Assembly (NCBI GenBank): GCA_963575745.1
Contig: CAUYUJ010000126.1
Span: 124,001 to 188,000 of the forward strand
Direction: 5' to 3'
DNA from: Prorocentrum cordatum
Taxonomy: Eukaryota
Length of the DNA: 64,000 bases
The position numbers were made by a program, and so were the translations under genes. Under the pieces are notes generated by a model. It saw only the letters and a program-made list of their open reading frames with translations, did no database searches and was not told the DNA's origin. The first letter of the stretch is position 1. Each line of letters starts with the position of its first letter. Below are positions 41,225-53,761 of the stretch, piece after piece.

Positions 41225-43100
41225 CGGTGTATACGGGCGGCGCAGTTCGAGGAAAGCGGACATCACTTACTATTCGGACAGCTCGTGTCACACGCGAGGA
41301 AAGAACGGCCTGTGTATTATGTTTTGTGATTCTTCCTGAAGTGGCCAGGCGTTCCAGCGTTTCCATGTATACGTCGCGTTTCTGGTCGGGGTTTTTCTCT
41401 TCGTTCAGGAAAACGGGGCGGTTAAACAAGGGATTCGTCTTTCGACAAGGGCCCGCGACGATAACTGTAACAGGGACAAAGGCCACCTGCATTCTCTCCA
41501 GGTTCTCGCGGCCCGTATGAATCTCCAACGAGGGAGGCGCCGCCATGAAATCGCAGAGCAGCTCTTTCGTTCGGAAGTCTGTCCCGCCCTGGTTCTTCAT
41601 CCCTTGCAGCTCGCTACACAAATCTCCCACGGCCCAGCGATCCACAAAAGCTGTCAGCAGCGTTAACCCGCATGGCAAGGAGTGAGCGTGCCGTCAGGTC
41701 TTTTGCCTAATACCATGAGGCCCAATCTTCGCTCCTTCGGAGTCTTCAGTGGGCCCATGGCCCGAAGTGCCACATTTCCTGGGGCTGCGCCCCAAAGCTG
41801 CCCACGAAAGCGCCAACACCCCCCAAAGTACGTGCTCCAAGACGGCCGCAGTGGTTTTCAAAACGGCTCCACCGGGAAGCCCAAACGGGGGGGCGATCGT
41901 AATTGTCGGGCCCTGGGTCCCAAACCACTTCCAGAACACCGCAAGGAACCCCCAAGAGGCGCCCGTGGACCCACAACAGGCCTCCCACAATCCCAAGGGA
42001 CCCCCCCCCGAAGGTTCCAAACAAGCCCCCAGAAGCCCCAACATGGTCACGAGAGGCTTCAAATCAGCCGCAAGCACGTCCCCGAGGGACCTAGCACGAG
42101 ATCTCCGCCAACAGTCGAAGGTTCTCTGATTCACAACCCGGGCATGGTGGCGGGATCGGCCGAGGGCACGCAGATACCCCGGAAACGGAAAGTTCCAGGT
42201 TTGCAGTGAACAAGTGGGCCCCCTCTGGTTACAGCCCTTTTTTTTGTTCGCATTGGATCCACGAGCGTGCGGACAAATCCATTCGTCCTCTCATAATACG
42301 CACGCAGTTCGTTCACATTTGCCAGGGGCCCGCCGAGCAGGGAAGCACGAAACCAAGGAAAACCATGGCTTTTAAGATCTTGTCGGACAAGCTGGGCCAA
42401 CGAAGTCGTAGCCACGAGCACGTTCACAATGAGCTGGAGTAGCTGCTCAAGCAAGTTCCTCCCTGTGTCGATGTGTATCCGGTAATGCTCGTAAGCAAAT
42501 TGGGCCGAATGCGTGTGACGGTCCATGTCCTATATCTTTCGACAGCACTGGCGGTTCACGCGTGGCGGTTCACGCGCGCAGTGGCGGTTCACGCGTGGCG
42601 GTTCACGCGCGGCGGTTCCCGAATCCCGGCAGTGACGGTTCACGCGCGCGACCAATCCCATATCTTTCGACAGCACTGCGCGCTGCTTCTGATGAAGGTT
42701 TGGCGCTGCTAGCCGTTCGCGTCTGTTGAAGTGCCCCATCATGGACGCCGTGCTCACGCGGAAATTGTCAAGCACCGCCAATCAGGCCGCCCAGCGCGCA
42801 CGGATAACAAGCCGATGAGGGTGGCCGTGTGGGACCGCGGAACAAAGTGTTAGCACATGGAGGCAACGTTTGCCTCCGCTGCCAACGGTGTGCCCACGTC
42901 CTGAATAAAGCCCCGCCCGCCAAGCGTGGACCCTCTTTCTCGCGAAGAGGACGTTCGAGTCCACCGCCGTCTTGATGCGCAGCCAGGTGCTGCCGCGCGT
43001 GTCTTTGATTTCTTGGCGCACGTCCGTGGAACATCCCAGAGGCAATTGACATTTTGGAACAAAGTTTAGCCACCTTGGACTTCAAACCGTAATGTAGGTT
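41225..43100 (-). pseudogene. Second, more decayed copy of the aGPT-pyrophosphorylase-like gene in inverted orientation
   Basis: ORF fragments 42530-42781, 42131-42526 and 40944-41678 align with the + copy (e.g. FNRRERLAAPNLHQKQRAVLSKDMGLVARVNRHCRD; GGTDFRTKELLCDF; NRPVFLNEEKNPDQKRDVYMETLE). Several stops and frameshifts are present. Confidence 0.75.
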
Positions 43101-43439
43101 TGGTGAAGCCCATGCGGCGGTGCAGTCGTCGTGGTGCAATGTATGCGAAGCAACCTATGTGATGCAAACTATGCGGTGCAATGTAGGCGTTACAGACTAT
43201 GCGGTGCAATCTAGGTGGCGCAATTGTCTTTGACCTTCCGCGCGTGTCCATCCCCCACGCTTTTGCAAGCATCCCACCATCATTCTCTTTCCTCTCTCAT
43301 TCATCCATCCTCCGCCTCCTTATCCTCCTCCTCGTCCACCTCTTTCCCCTCCTCTTTTTCCTCCTCCGCCCCCTCCTCCTCCTTTGGACGGTTCGGATGT
43401 CCTCTTCTTTGCTGCTACACTTTTTTCGCCCCCCCAACT

Positions 43440-46400
43440 CGCGATGGATTTGCGTGGCTGTGCGTGGGTATCATGGGGGTCGGGGAATCTTTTTTGGAGG
43501 TGGATGTAGTTTTCGGAGACAGTGGCTGGAGGAATCGGTGTTCGTGACATTGCGTGGGTGTGTGTGGATGTCCTGGGGGCCGGGAATTTGTATTTGTGGT
43601 GGCCGTAGTATTCGGAGACAGTGGTTCGGGGAATATGTTTTCGTGTTTTTGCATGGTTGTGCGTCATATATTGGGCGCCGGGAATTGGTGCGGGTAGTGG
43701 TTGCCGTATTCGGAGACACTGGCTGGGTGAATGAGGGCCGGGGAATTGCTTCTAGTGCTAGTTGCCGTATTCGGATACAATGGCTGGGGGAATCTGTTTT
43801 AATGATTTTGTGAGGCTGCGCGTGGATTTCCTGGGGGGCTGGGGAATTTGTTTAGGCGGTGGTTGTAGCATTCGGCGACGCTGACTGGGAGAATTTGTTT
43901 TCGTGATTTGCGTGGCCATTGGATTAGTCGGGGTGGTGGGTGTAGCTTTCGGGGACAGTTGCTGGGGGAATCCGTTTCGTTATGTTGTGTGGTTTTGCGT
44001 GGACATCCTGGGGGCCAGGGAATTTATTTTGGAGGTGTTGTACTACTCGGATACCATTGGTTGGGGGAATCTGTTTTTTCGTGATTTGGTGAGGCAGTGC
44101 GTGCATATTCGGGGGCTGGGGGATTTGTTGTGATGGTGGTTGTAGTAAGTGGCTAAGGGAATGTGTTTTCATGACTTGGTGTGGTTATGCGTGGATATCT
44201 TGGGGGCGTGGGATCTTGTTCTGGTGGTGGATGTAGTATTCGGGGGCAGTGGCTGGGAGAGTTTTCCTTCGTGATATTGTGCGGCCACGTATGGATATCC
44301 TGGGGGGCGGGTAACCTTTTGCGGGTGGTTGTAGTATTCGGAGACGGTGGCTGGAGAGAATCTGTTTTCGTGATTTTGCGTGGCTGTGCGTGGATATCCT
44401 GGGGGCTTCGGAATATGATTTCGTGGTGGTCGCGGTACGCGGAAACAGTGTCTGAGGGAATCGTTTGTCGTGATTGTCCATAGGTCTACGTGGATATCCT
44501 GGGGGCCTGGGAATTTGTGTTGGTGGTGGTTGTAATATTCGATGACAGTGGCTGGGGAAATCTGTTCTCGTGGTTTTGTGTGGTTGTGCGTGGATATCCA
44601 GAGGGCACGGGAATTTGCTTGGGTGGTGATTGTAGTATTCGGAGACAGTGGTTGGGCAGTCTGTTTATGTGATTTTGTGTAACTGTCATGGATATCCACG
44701 GGGCCGGGAAACATTTTTTGGTGGTGGTTGTAGTTTTCGGCGGCAATGGCTGTGGGAATGTGTATTGATTTTGCGTGGTTGGGCGTGGAGATCCGGAGGG
44801 CCGAGGACTGTCTTGTGGTGGTGGTTGTAGTATTTGGAAACAGTGGTCGGGGGCATATGTTTCCGTGTTCTTGCGTGTTTGAGCGTGGATATCTTGGGGG
44901 CCGGGGAATTTGTTTCGGTGGTGATGGTAGCATTCAGAGACAATGGCTGGGGGAATCTGTTTTCGTGATTTCGCGTGGCTATGGGAGGATATCCTGGGGT
45001 TTGGGTTTTTTTGGTGGTGGGTGTAGTCTTTGGAGACAGTGTCTGGGGGAATGAGGGCTGGGGAATTTTCTTCTAGTAGTAATTGTAGTATTCGGAGACA
45101 GTGGTAAGGGGGGAATATTTTTGTATGATTTTGTGTGGATTTGCGTGGAGATCCGAGAGGTTGGGGAATGTGTTTTGGCGGTGATTTTAGAACTCGGAGA
45201 CGGTAGCTGGGGGAATAGTTTCCGTGATTCTGCGTGGTTGTGCGTGGATATCGTGGGAAGGCGGGGAATTTGTTTCGGTGGTGGTTGCAGTATTCGGCGA
45301 CAATGGTTGGGGGCATCCGTTTTGGTGATTTTGCGTGGGTGTGCGTGGAGATCTGGAAGGCGGGGGAATTTGTTTTGGTGGTGGGTGTAGTATTCGGAGA
45401 GTGGCTGGGGGAATCTGTTGTCGTGGTATCGCGTGGCTGTGCGTGGATATCACCGGGGCGAGGGAATCTGTTCTGGTGGTGGTTGTAATAATTGGAGACA
45501 GCTTGGGGGAATCCGTTTTCGTGCTGTTGCGGTGCGTGGATATCCTGGGGGCTGGGGAATGTCGTTTGTTGGTAATTGGAGTATGCAGAAACAGTGGTTG
45601 GGGGAATCAGTTGTCGTGAGTCTGCGTGGTTGTTTGTGGATATCCTGGGGGCTGGGAAATTGGTTTGGGTGGTGGTTGTAGTATTCGGAAACAGTGGTTG
45701 GGGGAATCCGTTATTCTAGACATACTTGTAGTATTCGGAGTCAGTGGCTGAATGATTCTGTTTTCGTGATTTTGTGTGGCTGTGCGTGGATATTTTGGGG
45801 AGCTGGGTAATTTGTTTTGGCGGTGGTGGTCGTATTCGGAGTCAGTGGCTGGGGGAATGTGTTCTCGTGATTTTGCGCGGCTGTGCGTGGATATCCCAGG
45901 GGGTGGGGAATTTGTTTTGGTGGTGGATGTAGTTTCTGGCGGCAATGGCTGTTGGGATCAGTTTTCGTGATTCTGCGTGGCTGTGCGTGGATATCCTGGG
46001 GGGGTGGGGAATTTGTTTCGGTGGTGGTTGGAGTATTCGGCGATAATGGTTGGGGGCATCGGTTGTGGTGATTTTGCGTGGGTGTGCGTGGAGATCGGGA
46101 AGGCTGTTTTCGTGTTTTCGCGTGGCTATGCGAGGATATCCTCGGGTTCCTTCTTTTGTGGTGGGTGTAGTATTTGGAGGCAGTGTCTGGGGGAATGAGG
46201 GCTGGGGCATTTCTTCTAGTAGTAGTTGTAGTATTCGGAGACAGTGGCAAGGGGGGAATCATTTTGTATGATTTTGTGCGGCGCTGCGTGGGGATCCGAG
46301 GGGTTGGGGAATTTGTTTTGGCGGTGATTTAAGAATTCGGAGACGGTGGCTGGGGGAATAGTTTCCGTGATTCTGCGTGGTTGTGCCTGGATATCGTGGG

Positions 46401-49050
46401 GGGGCGGGGAATTTGTTTCGGTGGTGGTTGCAGTATTCGGCGGCAATGGTTGGGGGCATCCGTTTTGGTGATTTTGCGTGGGTGTGCGTGGAGATCTGGA
46501 AGGCCGGAAATTTGTTTTGGTGGTGGGTGTAGTATTTGGAGACAGTGGCTGGGGGAATCTGTTGTCGTGGTATCGCGTGGCTGTGCGTGGATATCCTCGG
46601 GGCGAGGGAATATGTTCTGGTGGTGGTTGTAATAATCGGAGACAGTACTTGGGGGAATCCGTTTTCGTGCTGTTGCGTTGCTGTGCGTGGATATCCTGGG
46701 GGCTGGGGAATGTCGTTTGTTGGTGATTGGAGTATGCAGAAACAATGGCTGGGGGAATCAGTTTTCGTGAGTCTGCGTGGTTGTGCGTGGATATCCTGGG
46801 GGCCGGGAAATTTGTTTGGGTGGTGGTTGTAGTATTCGGAAACAGTGGTTGGGGGAATCCGTTCTTCTAGACATACTTGTAGTATTCGGAGTCAGTGGCT
46901 GGAGGATTCTGTTTTCGTGATTTTGTGTGGCCGTGCGTGGGTATTTGGGGAGCTGGGTAATTTGTTTTGGCGGTGGTGGTAGTATTCGGAGTCAGTGGCT
47001 GGGGGAATTTGTTCTCGTGGTTCTGCGCGGCTGTGCGTGGATATTCCGGGGGGGTGGGGAATTTGTTGTGGTGGTGGATGTAGTTTTCGGCGGCAATGGC
47101 TGTGGGAATCAGTTTTCGTGATTCTGCGTGGCTGTGCGTGGATATCCTGGGGGGGGGGGGGAATTTGTTTCGGTGGTGGTTGGAGTATTCGGAAATAATG
47201 GTTGGGGGCATCCGTTTTGGTGGTTTTGCGTGGGTGTGCGTGCAGATCCGGAAGGCTGGGGAATTTGTTTTGGTGGTGGGTGTAGTATTCGGAGACAGTG
47301 GCCGGGGGAATCTGTTGTCGTGGTATCGCGTGGTTGTGCGTGGATATGATCGGGGTGAGGGAAGATGTTCTGGTGGTGGTTGTAATAATCGGAGTCAGTA
47401 CTTGGGGGAATCCGTTTTCGTGCTGTTGCGTTGCTGTGCGTGGATATCCAGGGGGCTGGGGAATTTCGTTTGTTGGTGATGGGAGTATGCGGAAACAGTG
47501 GCTGGGGGAATCTGTTTTCGTGAGTCTGCGTGGTTGTGCGTGGATATCCTGGGGGCCGGGAAATTGGTTTGGGTAGTGGTTGTAGTATTCGGAAACAGTG
47601 GTTGGGGGAATCCGTTCTTTTAGACATACTTGTAGTATTCGGAGACAGTGGCTGGGGGAGTCTGTTTTCGTGATTCTGTGTGGCTGTGCGTGGATATCTT
47701 GGGGGGTTGGGTCATTTGTTTTGGTGGTGGTGGTAGTATTCGGAGACAGTGGCTGGGGGAATTTGTTCTCGTGATTTTGTGCGGGTTTGTGCGTGGATAT
47801 CGGGGGGGGGGTGGGGAATTTGTTGTGGTGGTGGATGTGGTTTTCGGCGGCAATGGCTGTGGGAATGTGTTGTCGTGATTTGGCGTGGCCGGGCGTGGAG
47901 ATCTGCAGGGCTGGGGAATTTAGTTTGTTGGTGGGGGTAGTATTCGGAGACAGTGGCGGGGGGAAGCTGTTGTCCTGCTATCGCGTGGTTTTGCGTTGAT
48001 ATTCTCGGGGCGGGGGAATTTGTTGTGTCATGGTTTGTTGATGGTTGTAATCTTCGGTGACAGTGGCTGGGGGAATGTGTTTTGTGATTTCGTGTGGTTG
48101 TGCGCGGACATCTTGGTGGCTAGACTTTTTGCATTGGCGGTGGTTATAATATTCGGAGACAGTGGCTGGGGGTATTTGTTTTCGTGATTTGGCGTGGCTG
48201 TACGTGGATATCCTGGGGGCCAGAGGATTTGTTCTGTTGGTGGGTGTACTACTCGGAGACAATAGCTGGGGGAATGTGTTTTTGTGCTGTTGCGTGGCTG
48301 TGCGTGGATATCCTGGGGGTTCGGGCATTTGTTATGTGGGTGTTCTAGTATTCGGAGAGAGTGGCTGGGGGAACCTGTTTTCGTGATTTGGCGTGACTGT
48401 GCGGGGATATCCACGGGGACAGGAAGTTGGTCTGGGTGGTGGTTCTAGTATTCGGATATTGTGTCTGGGGGAATCCGTTTTCGTAATTTTGCGCGCCTCT
48501 GCGTGGGTATCTTGGGGGTTGGGGCATTTGTTTGGGTGGTGGTTGTGGTATTCAGAGACAGTGGTTGGGGGAATATGCTTTCTTGATTTTGTGTGGCTGT
48601 GCGTGGATATCCAGGGGGGCAGGGGAAATTGTTTTGGTGGTGGTTGTAGTAGTCGGCGGCAATGGCTGGGGGCACTTGTTTTCGTGACTTGTGTGGCTGT
48701 GCGTGGAGATCTGGAAGGCCGGGGAAGTTGTTTTGGTGGTGGGTGTACTATTCGGAGACAGTGGCTGGGGGAATCTGTTGGCCTGGTATCGCGTGGCTGT
48801 GTGTTTTTTTTCTCGGGGCGGGGGAATATGTTTTGGTGGCGGTTGTAATACTCGGAGACAGTAGTCGGGAGAATATGGTTTCGTGGTGTTGCGTGGCTGT
48901 GCGTGGATATCCTGGGGTTGCGGAATTTGGTCTGTTGGTGGTTTGAGTATGCGGAGCTAGTAGTTGGGGGAATCAGTGCGTTGTAGTGATATAAGAAAGC
49001 CAGGTAGGGGGAATCTGTTCGTGGGGTGTTGCGTGGATACCGGGAGAAGG
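43440..49050. repeat. Diverged ~98-bp satellite with higher-order structure; resumes at ~50155-50202 and 51205-51600
   Basis: Monomer is approximately TGTAGTATTCGGAGACAGTGGCTGGGGGAATCTGTTTTCGTGATTTTGCGTGGCTGTGCGTGGATATCCTGGGGGCCGGGAATTTGTTTTGGTGGTGGT, repeated ~55 times. Confidence 0.93.
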
Positions 49051-49604
49051 GGCAATATGTTCGCGCGATGTTTCGTGAGTGTCCCGGGAGAGGGGAACTT
49101 GTTGTAGCGTGCAATTGTTGGGTACACGAAAATTCAGTTGCGTTGTAGTGATACACGACAGTCTGGTTGGGAACGATCCGACAGCGAATTAGTGGCCCCA
49201 GCCTGGCGGGTTTCCATGAAGGGGAGGCGTTTTCGCCCGGTCGCCGCGTTGCGCTTCCTGCTGGGAGCGTTGCGTCCAGAGGCCACGGCCCGCAGGTCAT
49301 GTGTTTGAGCGTTGCGGAAAGTCATGCAAATCCTGTAAGCGTAAGCGATGATCGTTCGCGGCCTCGGGGATGACGAGGGGGAATTTGTTTTTCTGTCCTT
49401 TTAAGGAGACACGCAAATTCCCCCCCCCCATCGGTTCACTTTGACTGACATCATGCCGCCGCAGGCGCTGTTCCTCGCTATGTACACACTGTCGCCAGGT
49501 CGCCGCCATTCAAAAACGATGGCCAGGAGAGCTGACGGGAGATCGTTGACTTGGGAGATCTCGGGTAGCGAACGTTCGATGTGGTGATCTCTGGTAGCGA
49601 AGGG

Positions 49605-49964
49605 TGCGGGTGCTGCTGCTGGTGCTGTTGCTGCTAATGGTACTGCTGTTGCTGATGATGCTGCTGGTGTTGTTGCTGCTGCTGGTGTTCCTGGTTCTCA
49701 TTTTGCTGGTGCTTTTCGTGCTGCTGATGATGATGCTGCTGCTGCTGTTGCTGCTCCTGGTGGTGGTGCTGGTGTTGGGCTGGTGCTGCTGGTGCTGCTG
49801 TTGGTGCTGCTGCTTGTGCTGATGGTAGTGTTGCTGCTGATGCTGCTGGTGTTGGTGTTGTTGCTAGTGGTGCTGCTGCTGGTGCTGGTGGTGCTGCTAT
49901 TGCTTGCGCTGCTGCTGGTGTTGCTGGTTCTCCTACTCCTGCTGATGGTGGTGCTGCTGCTGGC

Positions 49965-50009
<45 letters not shown>

Positions 50010-50155
50010 AGTGCGCTGGTGCTGGTGCTGGTGGTGGTGCTGCTGATGGTGATGCTGATGGTGTTGGTGATGAGGGTGGTGGTGCCTTTGGTGCTGCCGC
50101 GTCTGTCAATGCTGTTGCTGGTGGTTGTGGTGTTGCTGGTGCTGGTGCTGCTGTT
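49605..50155. repeat. Degenerate (GCT/GGT)n microsatellite
   Basis: Directly visible. Confidence 0.9.
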
Positions 50156-50202
50156 GTCTTGCTATCGCGTGGCTTTGCGTGGACATTCTCGGGGCGGGGG
50201 AA

Positions 50203-51204
50203 TTCTTCACGCTTCGCGTATCCCCACCAGCCCATCTCAAACCAGCAACTCTTGCGAAACATGAGGCCTCGTGGTGCCTCCTGGGGACCTCTTGTGGGCC
50301 ATCTGGGGAGCTCTAGGGGCCATCTGGTGGACCTCTGGGGGCCATCGTGGGGGGCTTGCGCTGCCCGTCCTCCTGGTGTGACTCGTTCGGGCTCCGCGTG
50401 GTGTGAGTCGTTCGAGGCCCGCGTCGTGGTGTGAGTCGTTCGGGCTCCTCATGGTGTGAGTCGTTCGGGCGGCTCGTCCTGGTGTGAGTCGTTCGGGCCC
50501 CTCCTTGTGGTGTGAGTCGTTCGGGCTCTTCGTGGTGTGAGTCGTTCGGGCCCCTCGTCCTGGTGTGAGTCGTTCGGGCTCCTCGTGGGGCCTCTTGGGG
50601 GCCTCTTGGAGCCTCTTGGGGCCTCTTGGGGGCTTCTTGGGGGCATCTTGGGGGCATCTTGGGGGCCTCTTGGGGCCTCTTGGGGCCTCTTGGGGGCCTG
50701 TTGGGGGCCTCTTGGGGGCCTCTTGGGGGCCTCGTGGGGGCCTCTTGGAGGCCTCTTGGGAGGCCTCCTGGGGGCCTCTTGATGCCATCTTGGGGCCTCT
50801 GGCGATCTCTTCAGAAGCGCAAATGAGCGCTGCCCCTTGAGAAGGACAAACTGAGCCCAAAACCTTCGTAAAATCAATGCTTTTGCTATGAAGGAAGAGG
50901 AGCGCGGCCCCCTCAGGAGGCCAACGTGGGGCCCAAACCGTAGTAAAATCAATGATTTTGGCTTCAAAGAAGAGCAGAGGGGCCAAACTCGGCCCCCCCG
51001 TCGGGGCCAGAATCCTCGTGAGGGTCGTCGTTTTTTTGGCCCTCCCAGGAGTCGAGAAAGACCCCCCTGAGAACACTCGGGACTCCCTGTCCAGGCCCAG
51101 GGGGAGGGGGTAGGGGGAGGGGTAAACCCCTCCCCGAAGGGGAAGAAGGGGGTTGAGGACAGAGCGGGCTCTCCAAACCACTCACGCCCAAAGGGCTGGT
51201 GGGA
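50203..51204 (+). mobile_element. Family-2 Helentron/HINE-like element inserted in the 98-bp satellite
   Basis: 5' hairpin ACGC-TTC-GCGT, then ATCCCCACCAGCCC (50220-50233). 3' hairpin GCCC-AAA-GGGC overlaps GGGCTGGTGGGAT (51193-51205). The empty site GGGGGAATTTGTTGTGTCATGG is visible at ~48012. The interior has GGTGTGAGTCGTTCGGGC and GGGGCCTCTT repeats. Confidence 0.8.
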
Positions 51205-51704
51205 TTTGTTGTGTCATGGTTTGTTGATGGTTGTAATATTCGGTGACAGTGGCTGGGGGAATGTGTTTTGTGATTTCGTGTGGCTGTGCGCGGACATCTT
51301 GGGGGCTGGAGATTTTGTATTGGCGGTGGCTATAATATTCGGAGACTGTGGCTGGGGATATTTGTTTTCGTGATTTGGCGTGGCTGTACGTGGGCACCCT
51401 GGGGGCCAGGGAATTGTTTTTTTGGAGGGTGTAGTACTCGGAGACAATAGCTGCGGGAATGTGTTTTTGTGCTGTTGCGTGGCTGTGCGTGGATATCCTG
51501 GGGGTTCGGGCATCTGTTATGTGGGTGGTTGTAGTATTCGGAGAGAGTGGTTGGGGGAACCTGTTTCGTGATTTGGCGTGGCTGTGCGGGGATATCCAGG
51601 GGACAGGGTAGGCTGGGGAAGGAGGAGGGCTTGTCAGAGAGATGACAAAGTTAGTGAAGCCACCTCAGCCCAAATGGCTGGGGGGATTCAGGCGCAGTCA
51701 TCAC

Positions 51705-51749
<45 letters not shown>

Positions 51750-51754
51750 CATCC

Positions 51755-51789
<35 letters not shown>

Positions 51790-51839
51790 TCTCCATCTTC
51801 TTCAGCATCATTGTCATCATCATTATCTCCGTTTTCGTC

Positions 51840-52778
51840 GATCGTTGAATCTGAAGTGCAAGCTGCACCGCAGCCGTATGTGTTGCGAGGCTACCTGTTT
51901 ACAGAAGTGGCACCCTTCACACTACACGACTGCATAATGTCATTGCCGGTCAGCTTCACCGCCCCGCGAGCTGCGACCGAGGCTTCGGATGACACTGAGT
52001 CTCGCGTTGGTGGGCAGTTCGGCGTCAGCTCTCTGGCGGACACCATGGCCGAGATTGACGGAGAGGTTGCCCCCCTCACGTGCGGCTTCCGCGTGCACTT
52101 GAAGAAGCCGCTCCCACCGAACGCGGATGCCATGGAGCGGTTGGCTCTGGTCGTTTCTGATGGACTGGTGAAGAAGGCGAGGGCCGAAAACAACGGCCGC
52201 ACGATCTATGGCACCCTCCTGGACGAACTGCAGTACGACGCCTTTCAGGAGGAGGCCGCGTGCCTCGGGCGAGTGGAGAAGGATCGCGGGGGGGCAGAAG
52301 GGGGGGAGGGATGGCGCTTCTGCCAGTGACGTCGTCTAGTGCTGCTAGTGTTCCGATGATTTATTCATTTATTGTCGCAGCTGCTGCCTGGCGGGAGAAG
52401 GCGGAGGGTTCGCGGGCGAGAAGCCCCATACTTTTGAAGGAGTAGGCGGAGGTACCTCGCGTATGGGAGGCTGTGCGGAAGTAGTGGGTAGATTGCTTCT
52501 TGGCGATTGAGGCCCCCGCGTAGGAGGAGGCGTCCCAGCACGCGGAGCAGCGCGCCTTCGACGCTCGCTTTCGTGCACAGCGCCAGGCGGAGGCAGCGGC
52601 TGTTCTCCTTCCAGACCGGGCGACTCCTGTGATCGAAGCCCTTGCCGCGCTGCGCGGCGACGGTGGCAGCGAACGTTCTAAAAGGAGGTTCGCTGACTGC
52701 GGCATGGAGGTGCTGGCAACGGGGCAGCGGGTGGCCGCGTCTTCGAACAAGAGGGCGCGCCAGAGCTTAGAGGAGTAA
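51840..52778 (+). pseudogene. Unknown gene 'A1' (probable intron ending at CAG 52380; three in-frame TAG; ends KRARQSLEE*)
   Basis: Protein-like ORF 51811-52329, continued in another frame to TAA 52776-52778. It is paralogous to 56345-57146. Confidence 0.55.
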
Positions 52779-52986
52779 AAGGGCAGCGGGTTTCTAGTGT
52801 CAGCAGCCGTCTGGCGACTTCTTGCGAGCGTGGGCAGTTTTTTTCCTGTTTCGCGGTGTAGCTTGGCGCGGCCTGCGGCAGTGTGCGGCACTATCGCGAT
52901 TGGTTGCGCATTAATTCCTCGTGCCCTGGCCGCTGTATATCGTGGCTGTGTCGATGATCAGGGAACCAGTGCAGTGGAGGGGGGTG

Positions 52987-53270
52987 TCAGGGGCAACTTG
53001 CGCGGGTGCTGATGCGGCTTGCATGCTGTGTACAAACGGGCGAACCCGAGCCTAACAATCGGGTCAAAGGTCACAACAGCGGTGGCAGCATTTTTAAGTA
53101 TCCCTCGCGCAGAGCGCACTCGCATGAGAAGTCGCGGCGCCTGCTAGCCTCGGCCTCTATGTTATTTTCTATTGCCATGGGCTGCGTGGGCCGCGTAGAA
53201 TGGGGTATTCAGGCCGAGGAATTCGGTCAAGGATAAGCTCCCGAGAGACTGCGTCGCACGGAAGAAACAT
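52987..53270 (+). promoter_or_regulatory. Conserved intergenic element copy 1 (predicted pseudoknot 53038-53064)
   Basis: Homologous to 55667-55950 and 57510-57777. Function unknown. Confidence 0.55.
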
Positions 53271-53761
53271 CAGGGCAGGCGAGAGAGGATATAATGAGGA
53301 CGTTCAGCGTGCAGCTTCGGGAACACTTTGGCTAGGTAGGGCGTTCATTCAGAGAAGAGTTGGTTGAGCATGTGCGAGGGTAGGTCGTCGTAGCTGGGGT
53401 ATGGGGCTACTTGAGCAACGGGGCGTGGATGCGATCTGGCGGCGGGATTCCGAGAGTTGGGAGCTGCAGACGTGGGGAGTTACAGCCATGAAGAAACGTG
53501 GGGGTCCGTCTGGCATTGAAGAGGCCCCATGCCTGTCATCTCAGAATCAGTCGCGTTCGCTTCTTTTTGGTTTGGGGGGTCAATCCGCGAATGTCCAGGC
53601 CACTGCGTTGGATGCGTGGCCGCTGTCAGACGGCATCGGGCGCCTTAGGCTGCGTTGTCTGGCACGGCATGTGCGTGAGTCATGCGTCGTTTGCCATAGC
53701 CATTTTTACTCCAGCTGTCTCGGCCTCGAAGCCTCTTCCCCGTGCCCTCCAGTTCTGCGCG

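Noticed and set aside
43199..49300. Dozens of overlapping short ORFs
   Set aside because: They are translations of the 98-bp satellite with no conserved frame.
53498..53761. N-terminal extension of the 468-aa ORF and its unspliced C-terminus (54824-54904)
   Set aside because: The extension starts at a non-ATG codon and looks non-coding. ATG 53762 and the GT-AG intron give a more coherent protein.
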